A stretch of 64,000 bases of DNA from Saprospiraceae bacterium (GTDB lineage Bacteria; Bacteroidota; Bacteroidia; Chitinophagales; Saprospiraceae). A program made the translations under genes and the position numbers. Where the stretch lies: NCBI GenBank assembly GCA_028282725.1, contig JANQHF010000043.1, forward strand, positions 2,431-66,430, in the 5' to 3' direction. Shown here in pieces: positions 36,539 through 46,498 of this stretch. Each line of letters opens with the position of its first letter. Position 1 is the stretch's first letter. The notes beneath the pieces are model-generated. The model searched no databases. It saw only the letters and a list, made by a program, of their open reading frames with translations, and was not told the DNA's origin.

Positions 36539-37393
36539 CTAGTCCGTGCTGGTTCCTTTTTTCATCTCAAATCTGAACATTTCCCTCATTTTGTTGACGG
36601 TGAGCTCTTCCACACTCAAATCGCCTCCCGAAGCAAAATGCTCATCGAAGATCTGACCAATGATCTTGGTAGAGAAATAGGCAAATCCGGAGATAGCCGT
36701 ACCACCGATTATGGGTCCGAAAAACGGAACTCCCTTGAAAATGATTCGTGTGAATAATCCAAGTTCAAATGAAGTAAATCCACCGGTAATCGCTGCAAGG
36801 ATGGATTTTGCCTTTGTCTCATCAAAGGAAACATGGTTGTATGTATCAGCCAGTTTTTTTATCATCTTATACTGGACTACGGTGATCCCGGCCAGGTCAA
36901 CAATTGGAATGGGAATAAACCCTAGACCCGCTGCATATAATGCATGGTCATGGATGATGGTATCAGTAGATTTATGATTCATTTTCTGATTATTATGTGA
37001 ATGAGATTTTTTTGATTTGTTCGTTTCTTTAGCCGTCTTTTGCTCTACGGGCATAAAAACCGCTTGTTTCGAAAATCGCTCGACCAGGAGGTAGTAAAAG
37101 ACTACCCTGTACTTATTTCTATTTGCACTGCCGAATGCTGCGCATACCTCTTTTATGGCTTCATCCAAGGGATTTTCGTCCGACAGGCCTAATTTCTTGA
37201 TCAGGAAGTTTTGTCTGATCTTTTCCAGTTCCTTTTTGTCCGAACATGCAACTTTGGAAGCATCGGCCTTATAAATAGACGGGCCGCAGGATTTTGCAAC
37301 TGCTCTCAAAAGATCTTCGTCAATTGATTTTTTATCAAGCTTTTCAGTTAGACTCTTTTTGTACGTCTCAATGGCTTGTTCAAATTTGCTCAT
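36539..37393 (-). CDS. hypothetical protein: DUF2853-like N-terminus fused to a DUF697-like membrane-associated C-terminus
   Basis: The N-terminus MSKFEQAIETYKKSL...CGPSIYKADASKVACSD...NRNKYRVVFYYLL resembles DUF2853. The C-terminus is hydrophobic and Gly-rich (GFIPIPIVDLAGITVVQ..., FFGPIIGGTAISG). Confidence 0.5.
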   Translation of the reverse strand: MSKFEQAIETYKKSLTEKLDKKSIDEDLLRAVAKSCGPSIYKADASKVACSDKKELEKIRQNFLIKKLGLSDENPLDEAIKEVCAAFGSANRNKYRVVFYYLLVERFSKQAVFMPVEQKTAKETNKSKKSHSHNNQKMNHKSTDTIIHDHALYAAGLGFIPIPIVDLAGITVVQYKMIKKLADTYNHVSFDETKAKSILAAITGGFTSFELGLFTRIIFKGVPFFGPIIGGTAISGFAYFSTKIIGQIFDEHFASGGDLSVEELTVNKMREMFRFEMKKGTSTD

Positions 37394-37549
37394 GAAATCT
37401 TTTATTTATTTCAATCTCGAATTAAGATCCTTCCGATCACTTGATACGATTCGATTAGATCAAGCCACAAAATCTTTCGACAAAGAAAGATTTCCCGATC
37501 CATTGCCTGTAGAAATATACTCTCTGGATCAAAAGAAAATGATCCACAT

Positions 37550-37993
37550 TCAGATATCCCAATGAACGTAGACAGTGCCCTCATCAACGACGGCTCCCAA
37601 TTGCGCATAGAAGCTTGTACCGATTACGTTGGACTTCCGTACCAACCATTCAATTCTGGAAATTCCATTATCCAATGCATAGGATTTCAGAGATTTAAAT
37701 ATTTTATTTCCGATACCTCCCCTTCTGTTCTCCTCCCGGATAAATACATCTTCCACCCATATCGTCCTCTTCAGGCTGAACGATGAATAACTATAGAAGA
37801 AGTTGATAAAGCCTACGAGTTCCGCATCAATCTCTACCACCCAAATCTCCATTTTCTTCTCTTCCCGGGACACGGCCATTTGTAGTTGATCCAGGGATAT
37901 ATTGAATTCGTCCAATGATCCATCATAGATTGCAAACTGTCTCATTAATATGTACAGGCTCGGAATGTCCTTTGCTTTGGCAGGTCTGAGCAT
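37550..37993 (-). CDS. GNAT family N-acetyltransferase
   Basis: 147 aa. VFIREENRRGGIGNKIF is the acetyl-CoA-binding R/Q-x-x-G-x-G/A motif. Confidence 0.8.
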   Translation of the reverse strand: MLRPAKAKDIPSLYILMRQFAIYDGSLDEFNISLDQLQMAVSREEKKMEIWVVEIDAELVGFINFFYSYSSFSLKRTIWVEDVFIREENRRGGIGNKIFKSLKSYALDNGISRIEWLVRKSNVIGTSFYAQLGAVVDEGTVYVHWDI

Positions 37994-38042
37994 CTTTATA
38001 AAATTATATCCTTGCTAAATTTGACTATTTTGGATTTGAATT

Positions 38043-40319
38043 ATGTCTATGCCTAGGTTGATCGACAAGATAGTAAGACCAGTGAATACAGCAATTGATT
38101 CGACCACAAAACGAATGGGTACCTCAAACGATGCTGAGTCAAATAATGGGCACAAAAAGTTTGGCACCTTTCAAGGTGTATTTACACCGACCGCATTAAC
38201 CATCCTCGGGGTAATTATGTATCTGCGCGAAGGTTGGGTCGTAGGTAATGCCGGAGTGGGAGGTGCCATCCTGATCATCTTGTTGGCATCGGGAATCACT
38301 TTTTTCACATCCCTGTCCATGTCTTCGATAACGACAAATATTCGCATTAAGGCTGGAGGAGCTTTTTCAATTATTTCCCAGTCACTTGGGCTTGAGGCAG
38401 GCGGTGCAATTGGTATTCCCTTGTATTTGGCCCAGGCATTTGCCGTGGCGCTCTATATCTTTGGTTTTAGAGAGGGCTGGTTGTGGGTATTCCCGACACA
38501 CTCGGCACTGATCATTGACTTGCTGGCATTCGGACTTATTTTTGGAATTGCCCATATCAGTGCTGACTTTGCTTTCAAGATCCAATATGTTGTGCTGGCC
38601 ATTATTGTAGGTTCGTTGGTCTCCATCGGGATGGCCTTTATCAATCAGCCTGTCAATACCGACATTCAAATTTTCGGCTCTTATAAAGGCTCTCCTGAAA
38701 ACAATTTTAGCGGTTCTAATTTCTGGTTGGTGTTTGCCGTCTATTTTCCGGCAGTAACGGGTATCATGGCCGGGGCGAATATGTCGGGAGACCTTGAAAA
38801 TCCGAGGCAAAGTATACCAAACGGAACCCTTTCTGCCGTAATACTCTGCACCTTCATCTATATTGCTCTTGCAATCCTGCTGGCATTAATTGCTACTCCC
38901 GAAGAGTTGATAAGCAACTACAACATTTTGATTGAAAGGGCCTTTTGGTCACCAATTGTCCTCGCAGGTCTCCTGGGCGCAACATTCTCCTCTGCTCTAT
39001 CTTCATTAGTCGGGGCACCAAGGATCATGTATGCCCTGGCGGAAAACAATATTCTGATTCAAAACAAGGCCCTGTCCAAAATCGATCACAAGGGTGAACC
39101 TAAAAACTCTCTGTACATTACCTCTATTCTCGTATTGCTCGCACTTCTGGTCAGGGACCTGAATGCCATTGCGCCCATACTGACGATGTTTTTCCTGATT
39201 ACCTATGCCATGATCAATGTAGTGGTGCTGATCGAACAGGGATTGAGCCAGGTGAGTTTCAGACCGACTTTCAAGGTGCCAATAGTTGTTCCGCTCGTGG
39301 GTGCAATCGGATGTCTTTTTGCCATGTTTATAATCAATGCTACCGTCTCATTCATTGCAGTGGGACTGGTAATGGGAGGATACATTCTACTGATGCAAAA
39401 GAAGTTTTCATCGACTCAAGGTGATGCGCGAAGCGGGCTGTTTAATGCGATGGCCGAATGGTCAGCCAAAATTGTAAATAAACTTCCCGAGGCAAAGGAA
39501 AGATCCTGGCAGCCGAATATGGTGGTCCCGGCCCATCATATCACAGACGTTGTCAGATCATATAAGATTCTGTTTAGCCTCGCCAAACCCAAAGGCTCCA
39601 TTAAGCTGATCGGCTTTGCTGAGAAAGGGAGAAAACTAACAATGGACAAGAGACTGGAAGAGGTAAAAACACATTTTATGGAAGCAGGTATTTCCTGCAC
39701 ACAGGCAGTTGTAGAAGGTCAAAATTTCTTAACGGGAATGATATCGAGTATGCAGGCAATGAAAGCTACATTTTTTACTCCGAATTCCATTTTTCTCAGT
39801 CTTACGGATGACAAGAGTGATGATGAAGAATACCAGGTATTGATCGAAAACAGTCAAAATCTCGATTATGGTGTCTACTTGTACGTACCCTACGAAAAAT
39901 TGGGTCTTGGGCTGGAGAAAACCATAGATCTCTGGATCAATTCAGAAGAATTGTCTGAGCTGAGTGAAAAAAAGCCTAAGCACTTAAACCTGGCCATTCT
40001 TACATCATACCTTCTTCAGAAAAACTGGAATGCAACCTTACGGATCAATGTCCTCCTGAAGGATACGGATGACGAGGAGTATTATAGAAATCAGGTAAAG
40101 AATTTGAAGATTCTTGCGAGGATACCAAAATCAGCAAAGGTCAATTTATGGCATGGCGGATTGGATGAAGCCATTAAAGCGGGTCAGAGGGGCGACATCA
40201 ACATTACCTACATAAAGGCCGAAGAGGTCAGTATGGCCGAATTCAGACAAAAAGGACAGCATCTTCAGGCATCAATTCTCTACACCCTGGATTCGGGTAT
40301 AGAAAATGCCTTTGCTTAA
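38043..40319 (+). CDS. APC superfamily transporter, cation-chloride cotransporter (SLC12)-like with large cytoplasmic C-terminal domain
   Basis: FGTFQGVFTPTALTILGVIMYLREGWVVG is the characteristic CCC/SLC12 TM1 motif. About 12 TM segments are followed by a soluble tail of about 270 aa. Confidence 0.75.
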   Translation: MSMPRLIDKIVRPVNTAIDSTTKRMGTSNDAESNNGHKKFGTFQGVFTPTALTILGVIMYLREGWVVGNAGVGGAILIILLASGITFFTSLSMSSITTNIRIKAGGAFSIISQSLGLEAGGAIGIPLYLAQAFAVALYIFGFREGWLWVFPTHSALIIDLLAFGLIFGIAHISADFAFKIQYVVLAIIVGSLVSIGMAFINQPVNTDIQIFGSYKGSPENNFSGSNFWLVFAVYFPAVTGIMAGANMSGDLENPRQSIPNGTLSAVILCTFIYIALAILLALIATPEELISNYNILIERAFWSPIVLAGLLGATFSSALSSLVGAPRIMYALAENNILIQNKALSKIDHKGEPKNSLYITSILVLLALLVRDLNAIAPILTMFFLITYAMINVVVLIEQGLSQVSFRPTFKVPIVVPLVGAIGCLFAMFIINATVSFIAVGLVMGGYILLMQKKFSSTQGDARSGLFNAMAEWSAKIVNKLPEAKERSWQPNMVVPAHHITDVVRSYKILFSLAKPKGSIKLIGFAEKGRKLTMDKRLEEVKTHFMEAGISCTQAVVEGQNFLTGMISSMQAMKATFFTPNSIFLSLTDDKSDDEEYQVLIENSQNLDYGVYLYVPYEKLGLGLEKTIDLWINSEELSELSEKKPKHLNLAILTSYLLQKNWNATLRINVLLKDTDDEEYYRNQVKNLKILARIPKSAKVNLWHGGLDEAIKAGQRGDINITYIKAEEVSMAEFRQKGQHLQASILYTLDSGIENAFA

Positions 40320-40344
40320 TCCGCGCTTCCGGAATAGTACCGGA

Positions 40345-41556
40345 TCATCTCAGCAGATTTACAGAACCTGTCTTCGTATATTGTTGGCCCTCACAGATGT
40401 ACTCCACGCGATAAATATACGAATTCGGAGGGGCCGGACTACCCTGGTAGAGACCATCCCAGGTATCACCCGGCAATTTTGTTGAAAAGACCCTGCCACC
40501 CCACTTGTTGAATATTTCAAAAGAAAGTAATTGACTGATCAGAAATTGATTGCTGATCCCGTATCTGTCATTGATCCGGTCGTTATTTGGTGTGAATGCC
40601 GAAGGAAGAAGAAGGTCCTCGCATGTCAGACTCGCAGGATCCGCTACGCGAATAGTTACCTCATCAGTCGATGTACATCCCTCTCCATTGACAGTAAATG
40701 TATAAGTTACATCAGAAGATGGTGAAGCAGTAGGATTCAATACGGAGGTATTCGATAATCCCTCGGAAGGTGACCATTGAAAGTCGGATGAACAGCTTCC
40801 TCCCGTTTGAAGTTGGATAGATGCCCCGATAAATGTGGTCGTATCCGAAGTGATGATCTTATCAGGCATGAAGTCAGCATCCAAAATCTCTCTCGAAGTC
40901 AAAACCCGGCTAAAAAACCTGATTTCATCGATCAAGCCGACAAAGTTCACATCGGGACTTGTTGCTATATTTTGGCAGGGACTATTGCTTATACCCAAAT
41001 TAGTCGTTGCTTCAAAAGCCAAATCGGAAACTGCGGCACCCTGATCGACCAGGATGCCATTAATATAAAGGGAGACAACAGCCAATTCCTTGGTGATGGC
41101 AATGTATTGCCAACAACTATTATTATCCGCTAACCCGTCCAGTTGAACAGAATTATTTCCTGAGCTCGATACTAACAATCGAAACCGTTGTGAGCCCGGC
41201 AAATACCGCAATGACAGAACCGAATCCCTTGAACACGTATTGCCCAGGTACAATAGATCAACGGATTCTGTACCCGAATTTCTTATCTGTATATAAAAAC
41301 TCATGGACCAGTCCCCTCGAAAAATGTCATTCACCTCTGTATCAAATTCCGCAAATCCGTTATTGCCATCAAATTCCGGAGCATCTTCACTTACACCACA
41401 AGAACATTGGGTGCCACTCACGATACCCCGGTCATTTCCCAAATGATCCGTCAGGGTACAGTCATCGAGATCAAAGGCAAATGTGGGAGCTTCCTGGGAG
41501 AAAACCATTGAGCCCGCCAGTAGCAAACACCAGATCAGAAATTGTTTGAACATCAC
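40345..41556 (-). CDS. LamG-like domain protein with T9SS type B (gliding motility-associated, CHU_C) C-terminal sorting domain
   Basis: It has a signal peptide. IDEIRFFSRVLT is LamG-like. The C-terminal PSAFTPNNDRINDRYGI...FEIFNKWGGRVF...WDG...YIYRV is the CHU_C/T9SS type B motif set. Confidence 0.75.
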   Translation of the reverse strand: MMFKQFLIWCLLLAGSMVFSQEAPTFAFDLDDCTLTDHLGNDRGIVSGTQCSCGVSEDAPEFDGNNGFAEFDTEVNDIFRGDWSMSFYIQIRNSGTESVDLLYLGNTCSRDSVLSLRYLPGSQRFRLLVSSSGNNSVQLDGLADNNSCWQYIAITKELAVVSLYINGILVDQGAAVSDLAFEATTNLGISNSPCQNIATSPDVNFVGLIDEIRFFSRVLTSREILDADFMPDKIITSDTTTFIGASIQLQTGGSCSSDFQWSPSEGLSNTSVLNPTASPSSDVTYTFTVNGEGCTSTDEVTIRVADPASLTCEDLLLPSAFTPNNDRINDRYGISNQFLISQLLSFEIFNKWGGRVFSTKLPGDTWDGLYQGSPAPPNSYIYRVEYICEGQQYTKTGSVNLLR

Positions 41557-41559
41557 GCT

Positions 41560-42486
41560 TTAATTAACGAAGCCTAAACGGAATAATTCTGCTAGAAAAA
41601 AAATATAAAAACTCAACAGCATGCCTGCTTTCCAAAAACTAACGCTCTTTGAATAGCACACAAGGCTAAACAGAATCGTGGTAACGATCATGAATGGCAA
41701 ACTGAAGGTCAATATGGATTCAGGTATGACCAAATCCCCGAAGAGCGAAGGAATGGCCATGACGGCGTATGTATTGAATATATTTGATCCCAGGACATTT
41801 CCCACAGCAATGGCGTGCTTGCCTCTTCGGGCTGCAGCCACACTGACAACAACCTCAGGCAAGGATGTGCCCAATGCCAACAGGCTGAGTGAGATAAAAG
41901 ATGGATCGATCTTAAGGCTGAGCGCCATTGATTCTATGGATGAAACCGTATACCTGGCAGAAAAGTAGATGGCCACACCAGAAATAATGAGGACGAGATA
42001 GGTACCAATACCCGTTTTTACCCGCTTCTGTCCATCGGATTTTCCTGACTGGATCGTATAAAAAAGAAATCCTCCCATTCCAAAGAGAAACAGGATGGTT
42101 TCAAAAAAAGAGAAGTTGAGATCGGCAAGCACAAACCACATCAGGATGGCAGAACCGATGAGTAAGGGTACATCTTCACTCATGATGTCCCTTACCACCT
42201 GCAGCCTCCCTACCATCATGGATGTTACCCCCAGCACAAGCAGAATGTTGGTAATGTTAGACCCCACGACATTGCCAACAACGATTTCCGAAGAACCTGA
42301 ATAGACCGAAATGATCGAGGTGGTTAATTCCGGCAGTGAGGTGCCAAATGACACCAGGGTTACACCGATGATGAATGGACTGATTCCTATGGAGAACCCA
42401 ATCTTTTCGGCACTGTCGATAAACTTATTTGAGGCATATATGAGAAATGCCAGACTAATCACGAATATCAGCAAACTCAGACTCAA
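41560..42486 (-). CDS. Ca2+/Na+ antiporter (CaCA / YrbG family)
   Basis: Two alpha-repeat motifs are present: GTSLPELTTSI and GTSLPEVVVSV, each followed by GNVVGSNI / GNVLGSNI. Confidence 0.85.
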   Translation of the reverse strand: MSLSLLIFVISLAFLIYASNKFIDSAEKIGFSIGISPFIIGVTLVSFGTSLPELTTSIISVYSGSSEIVVGNVVGSNITNILLVLGVTSMMVGRLQVVRDIMSEDVPLLIGSAILMWFVLADLNFSFFETILFLFGMGGFLFYTIQSGKSDGQKRVKTGIGTYLVLIISGVAIYFSARYTVSSIESMALSLKIDPSFISLSLLALGTSLPEVVVSVAAARRGKHAIAVGNVLGSNIFNTYAVMAIPSLFGDLVIPESILTFSLPFMIVTTILFSLVCYSKSVSFWKAGMLLSFYIFFLAELFRLGFVN

Positions 42487-42660
42487 CTTGTATTAGTACG
42501 TTATATTGAATGAACAATATACAGATACTTGATACAAGAGGTAATCGGTTTTTCGACGATCGAAATCACTTTATGCCGTCATACATTGTGCCCGGACTAT
42601 GATCAATAATGAAAATGTTACACATTTGTAACCGTAACGTAAGTACATTTGCCGGAAGAA

Positions 42661-43488
42661 ATGTTAAAAAGTCTGACTAAGAAAGGAGAACAGCAAAACG
42701 GTCAAAAGACGGATGAGAAGGAAATGTCCTTTATAGAACATCTAGAGGAGTTGCGTTGGCATATCATTCGATCCATTGCTGCTATAGTAGTCATTGCTAT
42801 TGTTATATTTCTCATGAAGGATCTGGTGACCAGGGTTATATATGCACCAAGGTATTCCACATTTTTCACCCATAAACTAGTGTGTAATCTTACCGGGATA
42901 AATTGTGAAATACCGCAATTCAAGATCATTACCAGGGCATTAGGAGAAGAGTTTTTAACGCACTTGCGGACTTCTCTGTGGTTGGGATTCATTTTTTCCT
43001 TCCCTTACATCTTCTGGGAAGTCTGGCGTTTCATTAAACCAGGCCTATATGAAAACGAAAGAAAAGCTGCGCGAGGAGTAGTTGCAATCTGTTCGTTACT
43101 TTTTTTCTGCGGCGTGCTTTTCGGCTATTATATCATGGCGCCTTTCGCCATTGATTTTCTCGCTGGATATTCCTTTGGAGACACCAACGATCAGACGGTG
43201 ATGTTGTCGTCTTATTTGAGTTATATGACCATGTTGACGCTACCCACGGGCATCATCTTCGAATTACCTGTCCTGGCTTACTTCCTTGGCAAGATTGGTA
43301 TTCTGACCTCGGGTTTTATGAAGACATTCAGACGACATGCAATCGTTGTGATCTTCATTCTTGCTGCCATTATTACTCCGCCGGATCTCACTACACAACT
43401 CCTGATTGCATTTCCACTGATATGTCTTTATGAGTTGAGCATTTCAATCGTGAAACGCATTGAGAAAAAAGAGGCAGAAGAATCCTGA
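42661..43488 (+). CDS. tatC: twin-arginine translocase subunit TatC
   Basis: MSFIEHLEELRWHIIRS is the canonical TatC N-terminal block, with 6 TM segments. The start is uncertain among 42649 (TTG), 42661 and 42724. Confidence 0.85.
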   Translation: MLKSLTKKGEQQNGQKTDEKEMSFIEHLEELRWHIIRSIAAIVVIAIVIFLMKDLVTRVIYAPRYSTFFTHKLVCNLTGINCEIPQFKIITRALGEEFLTHLRTSLWLGFIFSFPYIFWEVWRFIKPGLYENERKAARGVVAICSLLFFCGVLFGYYIMAPFAIDFLAGYSFGDTNDQTVMLSSYLSYMTMLTLPTGIIFELPVLAYFLGKIGILTSGFMKTFRRHAIVVIFILAAIITPPDLTTQLLIAFPLICLYELSISIVKRIEKKEAEES

Positions 43489-43494
43489 TCGATC

Positions 43495-45051
43495 CTATCT
43501 CGGTACCAGCTTGATAAAGGGACAGATCATTTCCTCCAGTGAAATTCCTCCGTGCTGGAAAGTATCCTGGTAGAGATTATTGTACCGGTTGTAATTATTT
43601 GGATACAGGAAGAATTTGTCCTCCTTCGCAAATACATAAGAGGTGCTGATATTTACTTTTGGCAATCCTGCAGTTTCCGGCACCCGGATCTCAAAAACAT
43701 CTCTTTTGTCATACTTCAGGTTGCGTCCACTCTTGTATCTCAAATTGGTAGTCGTCTCCTTATCTCCAATAATCTTGCTGGGTTTATGGACACGGATCGT
43801 CCCATGATCAGTCGTTATGAAGATTTGGACATCCTTGTCTTTGAGTTTTTCAAAGGCCCCTCTCAGGGGTGAATTCTCAAACCAAGAAAGTGTCAACGAC
43901 CTGTAGGCCTTTTCATCGCCGGCAAGTTCTTTTAACACTTCCATTTCCGTCCTAGCATGAGACAGCATATCGATAAAATTGTATACGACGACGGTGAGGT
44001 CATTATTCATATAATTCAGAATATTATCATTCATGCTTTTGGCCTTGCTGACGTTGGTCACCTTTATATACTCACATGAAATCTTATTCCGCAAGATCCG
44101 GTCAATCTGCCTGAGCAATAGCTCATATTCAAAATTGTTCTTTCCTCCTTCGTCCTGGTCATCCCGCCAATATTGAGGATAGTGTTTTTTAATTTCCGCC
44201 GGGACCATACCCGCAAAGATCGAATTGCGGCTATATTGGGTACTCGTAGGTAAGAGGCTGTAAAAGCATTTTTCTTCCTCCACCCTGAAAATTTGGGAGA
44301 TCAGGGGTTCGATTATTTTCCATTGATCATAGCGCAGATTATCCAGAAGGAACAGGTATGAGGGTTTTTCCGGATTTAAATCCGGAAAGAGCCACTTTCT
44401 GAACAGGTTGTGAGACATGACCGGATCCTCAGCATTATTGGAAAGCCAGTTCAAGTAGTTTTTCTCTATAAACTTGTAGAACTCCGCATTTGCTTCGGTC
44501 TTTTGCATTTGAAGAATGTCCTGCATTTCAATTGTATTGGATCGGTCCATTTTCAATTCCCAGCTCACAATCTTCTTGTATATATCCGTCCATCCTTCCC
44601 TGTCCAAACCACTATTGATTTCCATGAGGATATTTCTAAATTCAACCTGGTAATCCGTCATGGTTTTTTCACTGACCAGTCTCTTGTTATCTGTCAGCCT
44701 TTTAAGTGTAAGCAGGATTTGATTTGGGTTGACCGGCTTGATCAGATAATCATCAATTTGAGAACCGATTGCTTCTTCCATCAGGTTTTCAGCTTCGTTC
44801 TTTGTGATCATCACGATGGGCACATTGGCATTTTTATTTTTTAATCGCGACAGGGTTTCCAGTCCACTGATCCCAGGCATGCTTTCATCGAGAAAGACAA
44901 CATCGATATCATTCAGTTCATCAAATACATCCAGGGCGTCATGGCCGTTGCTAACCGTCACAACATCGTATCCCTTCTTTTCCAGAAAGAATAATTGTGG
45001 CTTCAGCATATCAATCTCATCATCAGCCCAAAGTATCTTCACACCTGTCAT
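43495..45051 (-). CDS. porX: PorX-type response regulator (REC domain fused to PglZ/alkaline-phosphatase-like domain)
   Basis: N-terminal REC: KILWADDEIDMLKP..., LDESMPGISG, VMITK. The C-terminal PglZ-like region contains DMLSHA and ITTDHG. Confidence 0.75.
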   Translation of the reverse strand: MTGVKILWADDEIDMLKPQLFFLEKKGYDVVTVSNGHDALDVFDELNDIDVVFLDESMPGISGLETLSRLKNKNANVPIVMITKNEAENLMEEAIGSQIDDYLIKPVNPNQILLTLKRLTDNKRLVSEKTMTDYQVEFRNILMEINSGLDREGWTDIYKKIVSWELKMDRSNTIEMQDILQMQKTEANAEFYKFIEKNYLNWLSNNAEDPVMSHNLFRKWLFPDLNPEKPSYLFLLDNLRYDQWKIIEPLISQIFRVEEEKCFYSLLPTSTQYSRNSIFAGMVPAEIKKHYPQYWRDDQDEGGKNNFEYELLLRQIDRILRNKISCEYIKVTNVSKAKSMNDNILNYMNNDLTVVVYNFIDMLSHARTEMEVLKELAGDEKAYRSLTLSWFENSPLRGAFEKLKDKDVQIFITTDHGTIRVHKPSKIIGDKETTTNLRYKSGRNLKYDKRDVFEIRVPETAGLPKVNISTSYVFAKEDKFFLYPNNYNRYNNLYQDTFQHGGISLEEMICPFIKLVPR

Positions 45052-45239
45052 AGCAGATTATTTTCGTTGTAAAATTCGTAATTTATGAGGAGTAAATGTG
45101 CCTAATAATACAGCTTAAATTGGGATTCCCTGAGCCGGCATGTTGCGGATGGGGAAAGACATTGTCAAAACGCAGATGGCTTTTTCTTTATTATTAAAGG
45201 GCGCAAATTAGGTATGATATGTGCAAGAAAGATAATTGA

Positions 45240-46424
45240 ATGTCAAAAATTAAGATTTTTAATGACCCAATCTATGGACTGGTCAACTTTCCATTTGAGT
45301 TTGTCTATGACCTGATCGACCATCCGTATGTCCAACGGCTTCGCAGGATACGACAATTGGGTCTGTCCACACTTGTCTATCCCGGTGCTACTCATTCAAG
45401 ATTTCATCATGCCCTCGGTGCGCTTCATTTGTGTGATCGACTGATCAATAATCTGCGCTTAAAAGGAGTCCATATCAGTGAAGAAGAACATGAGGCTGTA
45501 CTTTGTGCAACGCTTCTTCACGACATTGGTCACGGACCATTCTCTCATGCTCTTGAAGGGGAACTCCTTCCTGTTCATCACGAAGTGCTGACCCTTGAGA
45601 TCATGAAAAACCTCGATGAGGAATTCAATGGAAGACTATCATTGGCCATTGCCCTTTTTGAAAAAAAATATCAGCGCAGGTTTCTATCCCAGATTATTTC
45701 CGGTCAACTGGATGTGGACAGAATGGATTACCTGAATCGTGACAGCTTTTATACAGGGGTCGCCGAAGGCATTATCGGATATGACCGTTTGATAAAAATG
45801 ATGAACGTCGTGGATGATGAGTTGGTGATGGAAGAAAAAGGAATTTATTCTATTGAAAAGTTCTTATTCTCAAGACACTTCATGTTTCAACAGGTCTATC
45901 ATCATCATGCTGCGCTTGCCGCTGACCACATGCTCAAGACATTTTTTAGCTACTACAAGTCTTCTGCATTTCTAAAAGACCGTCCCATTGACCGCTTAAT
46001 TGCTCATGATACGGACAAGAAGGACTACCTCCCTCTCTTTTTATCCATTGATGACAGTGACGTTATCATGTTATTAAAGCAGTGCATGAGTATCGATGAT
46101 TCCATCCTCCGGACTTATTCAAGCGGAATAATCAATCGCAGGATATTTGCCATTAAGACAATGGGGAAACCATTGGAAGATTCGGAAATTGATGAACTAG
46201 CTCTGCTCGAAGCGAAAAAAAGGCAAGTAGATGTTGAGGTCTATAGGAAATATGTACATACTGGTACCGAAATGAGTGAGCTCTATACTTACGAAGATGA
46301 GATCAAGGTGTTGACTAAATCGGATCAGAAAGTGGTGACTTTCGGTCAGATATCCCGTCTCAACTCATACAGGACGGAAAAGGACATTTATTTCGTTACG
46401 TACCCAAAGCACATCGGGCAGTAG
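45240..46424 (+). CDS. HD domain phosphohydrolase (SAMHD1/dNTPase-like fold)
   Basis: IFNDPIYGLVNF, RLRRIRQLG, THSRFHHALG, LLHDIGHGPFSH and DVDRMDYLNRD match the HD-domain dNTP triphosphohydrolase-like family. Confidence 0.75.
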   Translation: MSKIKIFNDPIYGLVNFPFEFVYDLIDHPYVQRLRRIRQLGLSTLVYPGATHSRFHHALGALHLCDRLINNLRLKGVHISEEEHEAVLCATLLHDIGHGPFSHALEGELLPVHHEVLTLEIMKNLDEEFNGRLSLAIALFEKKYQRRFLSQIISGQLDVDRMDYLNRDSFYTGVAEGIIGYDRLIKMMNVVDDELVMEEKGIYSIEKFLFSRHFMFQQVYHHHAALAADHMLKTFFSYYKSSAFLKDRPIDRLIAHDTDKKDYLPLFLSIDDSDVIMLLKQCMSIDDSILRTYSSGIINRRIFAIKTMGKPLEDSEIDELALLEAKKRQVDVEVYRKYVHTGTEMSELYTYEDEIKVLTKSDQKVVTFGQISRLNSYRTEKDIYFVTYPKHIGQ

Positions 46425-46498
46425 ACGAGATTTAAATATTAATTTTTTCGTCCCGTAAAATCAAGTCCAAATTATTATTCATTAAACGCTTTCAAAAA

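Noticed and set aside
38043-40319. A bacterial SLC12/cation-chloride-cotransporter-like protein considered as a novelty.
   Set aside because: Prokaryotic CCC homologues with this architecture (APC-fold membrane domain plus a large cytoplasmic C-terminal domain) have already been described. Nothing in the local context adds to that.
43495-46424. A PglZ-domain protein next to an HD-domain dNTPase-like protein, considered as a possible BREX- or dNTP-depletion-type antiphage locus.
   Set aside because: The PglZ domain is fused to an N-terminal receiver domain, which is the PorX architecture of T9SS regulation. No BREX partners are nearby (PglX methyltransferase, BrxC ATPase, BrxL). The HD protein has the features of the conserved housekeeping family. 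The flanking genes are core (tatC and an envelope protein).
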